Shown here piece after piece: positions 1-7,799 of a DNA stretch of 64,000 nt. The DNA is from Methanobacteriota archaeon (lineage in GTDB: Archaea; Thermoplasmatota; Thermoplasmata; SG8-5; DAIRED01). The translations under genes were made by a program, and so were the position numbers. Each line of letters starts with the position of its first letter. Position 1 is the stretch's first letter. Location of the stretch: contig JAZDNO010000026.1 of the NCBI GenBank assembly GCA_043799545.1, forward strand, positions 64,001 through 128,000, given 5' to 3'. Below the pieces are notes generated by a model. That model had not been told where the DNA came from and searched no databases. It saw nothing but the letters and a program-made list of their open reading frames with translations.

Positions 1-963
1 CGCACGCGTCTTCTCGAGCATCTCGCGCGCCCTATCGAACGTGTCGGGGTTCGACGAATCGACCACGAGTATTATGGCGACTGCCTCGTCGGAAAGGTAT
101 TCGAGCAGCGGGTCGAACATCTCCTGGCCAGGCGTGCCGTAGACCTCTGCGCTGAATCCGCCGTAATCCAGATACCCGTGGTCCATGGCGACAGTCGTGC
201 CCATTCGGTCCACGCTGACCGTCTGGGTGGAAATCGCCCTCGTCATCGTCGATTTTCCGGCCGCATACGGGCCGGTGACCAGTATCTTCGGGACGTAGAC
301 CCTGAGCCCGCCGGGCTTCAGTATCTTGATCGGGACGGAAAGCTGGCGCGCATCCGCCCATCCGACCTTGCGCAGGTGCATCATCTGCTTGAGAATCGTG
401 ATGCTCTCGACTGGCTTGACGCTTATCATGGCGTCGAACTGCCCGATAAGAGCGTTCACGGTCGCTTCATCGTACGACCAGTCGGAGAAGAGCGCTATCG
501 TTCTAACTTCCTTCGGGAGGGCGGACAGGAACTCATTTATGGCTTTCGGGCTCATTCCCAGAACATCCAGCATCGTGCTCACGTTGTCCAGGACGAACGT
601 CGTTTCGCGGCCACCGACGGCGTCGCAGACCTGTTTCATGATGTGCCTGGGGTCGAACGGCTGCTGCACGAACTCGTCGCCCTCGCTGTGGATGCCAATC
701 ATCCCCGAGAACGCGTCCAGCAGGTGCAGGTTGCCCGCCCCGCCGTTGATACTGTCAACGAGGTCGAACTCGCGGCGGATGGCGCTGCCCGGCTTGTTGT
801 TCGTCAAATAAATCGTGTTCCATCCGTCGCGTGCGGATGCCGCAGCGATGCTTACCCCTATTGGCGTGGGGTCTATCCCCGGCGCGACGGAAAGCAAGAT
901 GTTGGCTCCCGCTGGGATATCGCCCATCTCGTCGTCAATCAGCTTGATTCCCAAGCGGGTCAT
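1..963 (-). CDS. Fusion of a degenerate RecA/KaiC-like domain and an MglA/CvnD-type small GTPase (3' end outside window)
   Basis: Not in ORF track because it runs off the left edge. Hand translation from ATG 963 (RBS AAGGAGA): MTRLGIKLIDDEMGDIPAGANILLSVAPGIDPTPIG (Walker A lost)...FVLDNVST...; then KILVTGPYAAGKST (G1), TTVAMDHG (G2), GTPGQ (G3). Open to position 1. Confidence 0.85.
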   Translation of the reverse strand, partial: MTRLGIKLIDDEMGDIPAGANILLSVAPGIDPTPIGVSIAAASARDGWNTIYLTNNKPGSAIRREFDLVDSINGGAGNLHLLDAFSGMIGIHSEGDEFVQQPFDPRHIMKQVCDAVGGRETTFVLDNVSTMLDVLGMSPKAINEFLSALPKEVRTIALFSDWSYDEATVNALIGQFDAMISVKPVESITILKQMMHLRKVGWADARQLSVPIKILKPGGLRVYVPKILVTGPYAAGKSTMTRAISTQTVSVDRMGTTVAMDHGYLDYGGFSAEVYGTPGQEMFDPLLEYLSDEAVAIILVVDSSNPDTFDRAREMLEKTRA

Positions 964-1000
964 TTGCCTGTCTCCTTCTGAGATTGTATCGCCTGCAGGG

Positions 1001-1041
1001 TATTTATCAAGCGGTTTGTCGGTATCACCCGTGGTAACGAC
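1001..1041 (-). promoter_or_regulatory. TATA-like box plus upstream quasi-palindromic motif TATCA-N4-TGGTA-ACGAC
   Basis: Minus-strand GATAAATA at 1001-1008; plus-strand TATCAcccgTGGTAACGAC at 1023-1041; same motif at 4320-4338. Confidence 0.6.
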
Positions 1042-1146
1042 GCCGCCCGGGGGCGAATCCGCCGCTCGAGTACGCATCTATGCCTTGGTTGGTCAACATG
1101 TGTGGTGCCTCTGACGCAAGCGGCGGTTGCGGCGATTGGCGCGGGT

Positions 1147-2688
1147 TTATCCCAGTCTGTATGCGGATCGTTCATATGGCTCCAATATCCTCGTAGTGAA
1201 TTCCAAGGCCGACTTCCCTTTGTGGTCGACGAATTTCGTCTTGAGGCCGACTTGCTGTCCGAACGCAAGAGAGACAATCCCCGCGCAGAACCCGGTACGG
1301 TACGACTCCAGAGGGTTCGTGCCAATTTCTGCGGCCTCGCCATTGGGCGGGACCATCATGAACCTCGCATTCATCTCCTTGACGTCGAAATCCATCACGA
1401 CCACTTTGTCTCCGTCGGCCGGAGCCTGCCTTGCGAGCGCCACCTCGACGAACTTCAGCCTCGATAGCTGGCTGGCCCCGTCCGGCGGCCGCGACCACTT
1501 CATGGCCATCTTCCAACCGGAACCGTAGAGCAGACCGGACGCCCTCTCCGGGCCGATATTTTCCACCATCGCCCTGCATATTTCCTTGGCCTGGCGCGCC
1601 TGGCGCTCCATCTCGTCCTTTGTCGCGCTCAAGGCATTCATTGAGCGATCCAGCTTGTCCAGCATATCGTTGATTGCGCGCGTGAGAGAAGTGATTTCAT
1701 CGTCACCTTCGATGGCCAATCTCTTCGAAGAATTCCCAAGGGGGCCTATTCCGCCCACGTTCATGCTCAGCTTTAACATCCTCGAAATGACGAACCTCTC
1801 AATAGCGAGCGCAGTCACGACGATTATCGTCGCCGCGAGGGTCACCAACGCCGCCATTAGGTACGCGGAACTCGCCTGGCCTTGCTTGAATATTCCACGC
1901 TCCAACAATATCTTGCACAGAAGGGCGGGTTCCCCGTGAACGTCTTCCATCAGGAAATAACCGGCTATGGCGCTTCCGTTCAGTGGTATGATGTGGAACC
2001 CCGATTCAGCTGACAGCGCGCTCCTCGCTTCCAAAAGGTCTCCGTCCAGCGCAGGATCCTCGAATAGGCTGAACGAAACGTCCATCTGCGTGACGTCCGC
2101 GAATTGCGCCACCAGGGATTCGTCTATAAACCGCCCCATGAGCAGCGTCCCCCGGGCGGGCCCCTGCTCAAGGCTGGTGAGAATCGGTTGCGTGGATATC
2201 AAGAGCGCTCCGTCCGGCAGGAGCACGATTCCGCACGCTCCTCCTGTCAGATTGCCAGTTCCGGTGCTGATTTCCCCCGATTCCACCAGCGAGACCAGCC
2301 CATCGGGCAGAGGCGTCCCTTGTGCGCCATCCAGGTCCACGGCTTTGGCAAACACTATATCGTCATGCGTGTCGGCATACACTATCACATTCACGTTTAT
2401 GATTGCGAACGTTTCGTCGGGGAGGTTTGAAGCGAGATATGTGCCGTTCCCATCCTGGATGAAATCGTACGTGTCGTCCCATGAGGCCCAATCCACGCAC
2501 GTGCGATTGATACGTTCCGTCTCTCGCCCGACGGCATTAATTACCCTCTGGGCATTCTCCTCCACATCCAGCCTTTCGAGCTCTGAGAACCCATCGGACA
2601 CTATGGTGTTTGATACGACGACCAGCGCGACGATGAACATCGCCAGTGTGCTTGCCAGTACCAAAGATATCTTCTTGCGGAGCTTCAT
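1147..2688 (-). CDS. Membrane sensor: TM-CHASE4-TM-HAMP-V4R-like domain
   Basis: CHASE4 signature DWASWDDTYDF; HAMP GDDEITSLTRAINDMLDKL; no H-box or HATPase; C-terminal V4R-like fold ending LEPYERSAYRLG. Confidence 0.85.
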   Translation of the reverse strand: MKLRKKISLVLASTLAMFIVALVVVSNTIVSDGFSELERLDVEENAQRVINAVGRETERINRTCVDWASWDDTYDFIQDGNGTYLASNLPDETFAIINVNVIVYADTHDDIVFAKAVDLDGAQGTPLPDGLVSLVESGEISTGTGNLTGGACGIVLLPDGALLISTQPILTSLEQGPARGTLLMGRFIDESLVAQFADVTQMDVSFSLFEDPALDGDLLEARSALSAESGFHIIPLNGSAIAGYFLMEDVHGEPALLCKILLERGIFKQGQASSAYLMAALVTLAATIIVVTALAIERFVISRMLKLSMNVGGIGPLGNSSKRLAIEGDDEITSLTRAINDMLDKLDRSMNALSATKDEMERQARQAKEICRAMVENIGPERASGLLYGSGWKMAMKWSRPPDGASQLSRLKFVEVALARQAPADGDKVVVMDFDVKEMNARFMMVPPNGEAAEIGTNPLESYRTGFCAGIVSLAFGQQVGLKTKFVDHKGKSALEFTTRILEPYERSAYRLG

Positions 2689-2733
2689 GTCACACCCTTG
2701 TCAGATACCAGCGACACCACATCACCCGAACCA

Positions 2734-4275
2734 CTAACCCAGCTTGTAAGCTTTGAATTCATATGGCTCCAGCTCGCGCGTCTCGATTTCGTAGCTGGGG
2801 ACAAGATTGCCCTGGACGGCGCTCACGACCTTCACGCCCACGGGCTTGCCGAAGGCAACGGAGAGGACCGCGGCAACGAAGCCGTGCGCGTACGCCATCT
2901 CGGCGTCGGCGGCGCCGTTCACGTCGAGGATGCGGTCCACCGGAAACATCCCGACTCTGGCGTGATGCCTGGGCCCATAGAATTCCGTGAGCTTCGCCTG
3001 CAATGAAATCATCATTGCATGGCGCTCGAAGAAATCCTCCGCGAAGGACTTCGAGTCTCCCTTCCAGGTCGTGCGCGACGGCCTGGCCTCTTCCAGACCG
3101 ATTCTCCAGCCGCTCTCGTAGATGATGCCCGCCGCCCGCTCGATGCCGATGTCGTTTATCAGCGCTCTGCTGATTTCATTGGACTGGCTCACGCGGGCTT
3201 CGAGACTGGCGTTGGCATGGTAAAGGGCGAGCTCGGCCTTCTTGCGCTCTGTGATGTCCTGATTCGCACCGTGGGTTTTGATGGTCCTGCCGTCTTCGCC
3301 TTTCGTGATTCCTATGCGCACGACGATGTGCCGGACCTCGCCGTCCCTGCGGATTATCCGGTGCTCCAGCTGCGACACATACCCTGGGTCGGTGGTCAGT
3401 ATGGCCTTATGCACTTCATCGGCCACCACGTGGATGTCGTCCGGATGAACGAATCCCTTGGAATACACGTCTGCCGGCATCTGGTAGCCGCCTTCGAGCT
3501 CCGCGGTGGTGCCGTAAAAAGCGTAGAATCGGTCGTTAAAGGTAAAGATGCCGGTAGCGACATCAAATTCCCAGTTGACTATGTGCGCCAGGTCCATCGC
3601 CTGTGTGAGCCGGGCCCGGCTCGTTTTCAGGATTTCCTCCGCAACCTTCCGCTCGGTAAGGTCCACGAAGCTCTCCACGAGATATTCACGGCCGTTCATC
3701 GTCGCCCTGACGACGTTTTTCAGTATGGGAACGCGCTCCCCCTTCTTGTTGATGAGGATTCTTTCAGAATTGTCTATGCTATGTCCTGAGTCCAATACCG
3801 AGCAGCGATTGTCCGCGCCGGAATGGAAAAAATTGTAACAGCGATTGCCGACGATGTCCTTTTTCCCCGAGCCAAGCATTTTCACCGCGACTGGGTTGGC
3901 TTCGACGATCGTGCGCGTCTCCACGTCAACAACGACTACGCCGGTCTGAAGCGCGTTGAATATTGATTTCACCCAGGTCTCGCTCTGCTTCATGGCGTAC
4001 TCGGACGAGCGCGCCTTTGAAATCATTATCTGGTTAATTATGCCCAATCCCATAATCAGTGACACAACGAGAACGCGGAAATATATCTCGAACGGCTCGG
4101 GGCTGAAGAGCTGGGACAGGAACGTCCCCTCCTCGCCGAAGATGTAGATGTCTATGTTGATGTCTATGACCCAGAATACAGCGCTGAGCAGGATTGCCAG
4201 TAAAATAGCGCTGCAACCGGACAATTTCGATGCGCCCTTCCGTCGGCATCCGTGCGTGTTCGTATTCTCGGACAT
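2734..4275 (-). CDS. Membrane sensor: 2TM-PAS-PAS/PAC-V4R-like domain
   Basis: Two N-terminal hydrophobic helices; PAS motifs (IVEANPVAVKMLG; VHPDD...HRIIRRDGEVRH...NQDITERK); V4R-like C-terminus ending LEPYEFKAYKLG. Confidence 0.85.
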   Translation of the reverse strand: MSENTNTHGCRRKGASKLSGCSAILLAILLSAVFWVIDINIDIYIFGEEGTFLSQLFSPEPFEIYFRVLVVSLIMGLGIINQIMISKARSSEYAMKQSETWVKSIFNALQTGVVVVDVETRTIVEANPVAVKMLGSGKKDIVGNRCYNFFHSGADNRCSVLDSGHSIDNSERILINKKGERVPILKNVVRATMNGREYLVESFVDLTERKVAEEILKTSRARLTQAMDLAHIVNWEFDVATGIFTFNDRFYAFYGTTAELEGGYQMPADVYSKGFVHPDDIHVVADEVHKAILTTDPGYVSQLEHRIIRRDGEVRHIVVRIGITKGEDGRTIKTHGANQDITERKKAELALYHANASLEARVSQSNEISRALINDIGIERAAGIIYESGWRIGLEEARPSRTTWKGDSKSFAEDFFERHAMMISLQAKLTEFYGPRHHARVGMFPVDRILDVNGAADAEMAYAHGFVAAVLSVAFGKPVGVKVVSAVQGNLVPSYEIETRELEPYEFKAYKLG

Positions 4276-4298
4276 GAGGCCTAGACCGCCCTGGTGTT

Positions 4299-4338
4299 GT
4301 TAATATCCGCCGTTTTGAGTATCAATTGTGGTAACGAC
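4299..4338 (-). promoter_or_regulatory. Promoter (GTTAATATCCGCCG) plus TATCA-N4-TGGTA-ACGAC motif
   Basis: 14-bp GTTAATATCCGCCG identical at 4299-4312 and 5672-5685; motif at 4320-4338. Confidence 0.6.
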
Positions 4339-4352
4339 TCGCGCTGCATTCG

Positions 4353-5648
4353 TCAGGCCAGCCTGTAAGCTTCGACCTCGTATGGCTCCAGCTTGCGCGT
4401 CTCAATCTCGTAGCACGAGGTGAGATTTCCATGGGTAGCTGCTTCCCCGCCCTTCACGCCCACCGGTTTTCCGAAAGACACGGAGAGCACCGCTGCTATG
4501 AAGCCGTGCGCGTACGCCATTTCCGCGTCGGCTGCAGTCCCCTCGTGTTTCGCATTGTCCATCGGGCACAGCCTGGCCCTCGCGACCGTCGAATTTGCTT
4601 CGAAGTGCAACAAACGCACATGAAATGACATCACGGATGATTGGCGCTCGAAGAAATCCTCCGCGAACGACTTGGAATCCCCTTTCCATGCCTTGCGCGA
4701 CGGCCTGGCCGCTTCCAGACCGATTCTCCAGCCGCTCTCGTAGATGATGCCCGCCGCCCGCTCGATGCCGATGTCGTTTATCAGCGCCTTGCTGATTTCG
4801 TTCGACTGATTAACGCGCGCTTCAAGACTGGCTTGTGTGCTGTAAAGGGTAGCCTCGACCTTCTCTCGGTCCGTTATGTCGCGGAAGAAGGCCACGCCGC
4901 ACATCGTCCCGTCTATAACCACCACAGTACCCTTTATGTCCACATTGAATACATTGCCATCCTTCCTAAGACAAGGGACGTTAAATGCCGAATTCCGTTC
5001 ACCTTTGTAAATCTCCTGAAACATTGATACAATCATAGGCAGCTTGTCGCGAGGGTGTATGTCCGCGACGCTCATGGATTTCATTTCTTCGGATGTGTAG
5101 CCTAGCATCTGGCACATGGCGGAGTTCGCATATCGGAAAGTGCGTGTTTCCAAGGACGCAATTAAGATGCCGTCCGGGCTGCAGTCGAAAAGCGTCCGGT
5201 ACCGCGATTCGGATGCCTGAAGCGAATCCGCGGCTTTTTTTCGCTCGGTTATGTCTCTGCTCGAACCGATGATTTCGACGGGCTTTCCGCTCCCGTCACG
5301 TAAGAGTTTCAACCGAGCCTCAACAAATATAGTCGAGCCATCCTTGCAGAACTCCTCGGCCTCGATGATGCGAGCGTGGTCATGGTCAAAGCCTGAAGAG
5401 CCTTCCCTTTCGAGCAGCGCAGTCATATCTTCCATAACTTGATTTAATGATTCTGCCGTCATCATCTTATCGAGCGGCAATGCCATCGCCTCCTCGGGAG
5501 TATACCCGCGCATCTTTTTTACGGAGGGGCTGAAATACGTGAATCTGCGTGACTTCAAATCCATAATCTAGATAACATCCAGGGAGTTCTCGGCAAGGAG
5601 GCAGTATTTCTTCTCGCTCTCGAGCAGGCCGTTCAATTCTTCCGACAT
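4353..5648 (-). pseudogene. Soluble PAS-PAS-V4R-like sensor with in-frame TAG at 5568-5570
   Basis: ATG 5648 with RBS GGGGTGA reads MSEELNGLLESEKKYCLLAENSLDVI*IMDLKSRRFTYFSPSV; the TAG sits where PAS domains usually have Trp. ORF track starts at 5564. C-terminus LEPYEVEAYRLA. Confidence 0.7.
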
Positions 5649-5671
5649 GTCACCCCGACCGCGCCTTCGCC

Positions 5672-5706
5672 GTTAATATCCGCCGCTGTCGCTATCACGC
5701 TGGATA
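5672..5706 (-). promoter_or_regulatory. Promoter (GTTAATATCCGCCG) plus TATCA-N4-GGATA motif
   Basis: Same 13-nt TATA-to-motif spacing as the 4299-4338 copy. Confidence 0.55.
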
Positions 5707-5903
5707 ATCACGACCCAGTCGCCCAGCTCTGGACGGTATGGCTAGCGCCTGTGGAAAACCGCCTCCCCAGCGGATGAGGGTCTCCGAACCTCCCTCCATT
5801 CCCCCTTGTTTCAAAGACCAGCGAGAACGCGGGAAAGGCCCGGATAATGAGAACTTTTGAGTCGGTTTTAAATACAATGAATCGAACCAACATCACTGGT
5901 CAC

Positions 5904-6728
5904 ATGTCGGCAGTGATATTCGCCCTGAGCAAGAATCCCCGACCAGGCGTCAATCTGGTTGTCGAGGACTACCCCGGGCAGTCGCAGGAAATATTCGGCA
6001 GCTTGGTTTCGATCGGGACCAGGGGGCTCTACATCTCCGAGGAGCGCCAGCCGCAGCACCACATCAAGCCGTCTGACACGCGCGTCAGGTACCTTTGGTT
6101 CTCGAAGATGGGGCTCTCGCCGGGTGACGATGCGGGCGCAATCGTTGCCGAGATCGGAAATAGGATACGGTCGTTCATCGAGGAGTCCGGCTGCAGCGTC
6201 GTGATGGTGGACGCGATACCAAGACTTCTGCGAAGGGGGGGGCTCGCCTCTCTCGGCACCCTGTTCGAGGCCGTTTCCGCATATTCCGAGAAGCGCGGGG
6301 TTCCCATCATCATCCCTGTTGCGATACCGCCGCAGGCTCGCAATCCAGAAGCCCGCGCTGAGATGCCTTCGCATGGCAAGCCTTCGAGGCCTTCGAAAGC
6401 CGTCAAAGATGCCGAGAGGACGGCAGCCCCGGATGGCTCCGAGCGCGCAAGCTGCTTCCGACCCGCCGCGCTTCCGTTCGCGAACTGCGAGCGCTGGGAA
6501 GGGCTAATCGGACTTGAGGCATCAAAATGCCCCAGGGGCGACGAAAAGTCCCTTCATTCCCGGAGGGCGCCAGTCCAGACGCATCGAGAGGCCTCGGCGA
6601 TAATGGCTTCGCTCTCCTGCCACGTGTGCGGCGGCGACATTGGTGGCGACATGAGACGCTGCTCCGTTTGCGGCAGCCGCGCCATCTCGGCCATCGTGAG
6701 AAAAACCAAGAGTCCGTTCTGTAGTTGA
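5904..6728 (+). CDS. DUF835-like (inactive KaiC-fold) protein with C-terminal zinc ribbon
   Basis: GLYISEE..., YLWFSK, FIEESGCSVVMVDAIPRL pattern; low-complexity linker; CHVCG...CSVCG at C-terminus. Start chosen at ATG 5904. Confidence 0.6.
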   Translation: MSAVIFALSKNPRPGVNLVVEDYPGQSQEIFGSLVSIGTRGLYISEERQPQHHIKPSDTRVRYLWFSKMGLSPGDDAGAIVAEIGNRIRSFIEESGCSVVMVDAIPRLLRRGGLASLGTLFEAVSAYSEKRGVPIIIPVAIPPQARNPEARAEMPSHGKPSRPSKAVKDAERTAAPDGSERASCFRPAALPFANCERWEGLIGLEASKCPRGDEKSLHSRRAPVQTHREASAIMASLSCHVCGGDIGGDMRRCSVCGSRAISAIVRKTKSPFCS

Positions 6729-6761
6729 TTCCGCGCGATTCAGGCAACCTGTCGAGCGAGA

Positions 6762-7799
6762 CTACCCGTCCACCCTCACGTCTAGCACCACGTGGCTCAC
6801 TCCCGGCGCGTACGACTTCACTTCGCGACAGCGAGCCACCTCTGCCTTCAGGCCCTCGGCTTTTGCAGCGTCCATGACGCGTCCTGTCGGCCTGTCCGGC
6901 AGCAGCGCGTTCGGGCAAGTCTCGTGGTAATGTATGATGCCTGGCCCGCGCAATATCCTCATCGCCTTTCGGAGATACAGGTGCGTCGTCCCGACGTAGC
7001 CCATCAGCACCCTGTCAGCGATGCGCTCCTCCGCCTCCGCGCAGTCCCCGAGCCTCGGTTCGACGTTGTCCAGGCCGTTCAGCGCGACGTTATTGACGAG
7101 GTACGAATGCGATAATGGATTTATCTCGTACGCGACGACGCGCGATGGCTTCGAATATTTGGCCAGCGGCAGAGTGAAGTAGCCGATTCCCGCGAACATG
7201 TCCACGACGACCTCGCCCGGTTTCGAAATGGTGGCCATGCGCAGGCGCTCGTCCATGTTGCCGCTGGAGAACATCAGCTTGGCCGCATCTAGATTGTACT
7301 TGATTCCGTTCTCGACGTGCGTCGTCTCGGTGCCGTCCCCCCACAGCTCCTCAACGCCAGGCTCACGGTACTGGCCCGATATCGGCGCGACCTCTCGCAG
7401 CACGGTCTTCGCACCCAGTTCCTCCGCGTAGGCGGCGGAAATCTGCTCTAGCCAGTCTTCGAGGAACTCGTCAAGTTTCAGCACGAGCACGTCGCCGAGA
7501 AGCTCCCACTTGTCCGGGAGGAGCGCCTTGGCATCCTCTGGAATTTTAAGCGCTCGAAGGATATTCTCGTATGGCGCAGCCCGCACGGTGCGCGGCACGG
7601 CCGCAGCCAGCTCGACGAGCACACCGCCGAGGGAGCGCACGAGCGCGAGCTCGTCATCGCCCAACCCTCGCGAGAGCGGAATCTGGACGAAATCGCCGGA
7701 TTCGTGTATTTTGACTCCGCGCTCGACCGCGCCCGCCCGGTCGAGGGCGATGCGCGCCTCCTCGCCGCTGGATTTCGGGACCTGGACAGCCTGGCTCAC
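6762..7799 (-). CDS. taw2: Trm5/Taw2 (TYW2)-family SAM-dependent tRNA modification enzyme
   Basis: ENGIKYNLDAAKLMFSSGN, VVDMFAGIGYF, IIHYHET; GTGA overlap with hef stop. Confidence 0.8.
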   Translation of the reverse strand: MSQAVQVPKSSGEEARIALDRAGAVERGVKIHESGDFVQIPLSRGLGDDELALVRSLGGVLVELAAAVPRTVRAAPYENILRALKIPEDAKALLPDKWELLGDVLVLKLDEFLEDWLEQISAAYAEELGAKTVLREVAPISGQYREPGVEELWGDGTETTHVENGIKYNLDAAKLMFSSGNMDERLRMATISKPGEVVVDMFAGIGYFTLPLAKYSKPSRVVAYEINPLSHSYLVNNVALNGLDNVEPRLGDCAEAEERIADRVLMGYVGTTHLYLRKAMRILRGPGIIHYHETCPNALLPDRPTGRVMDAAKAEGLKAEVARCREVKSYAPGVSHVVLDVRVDG

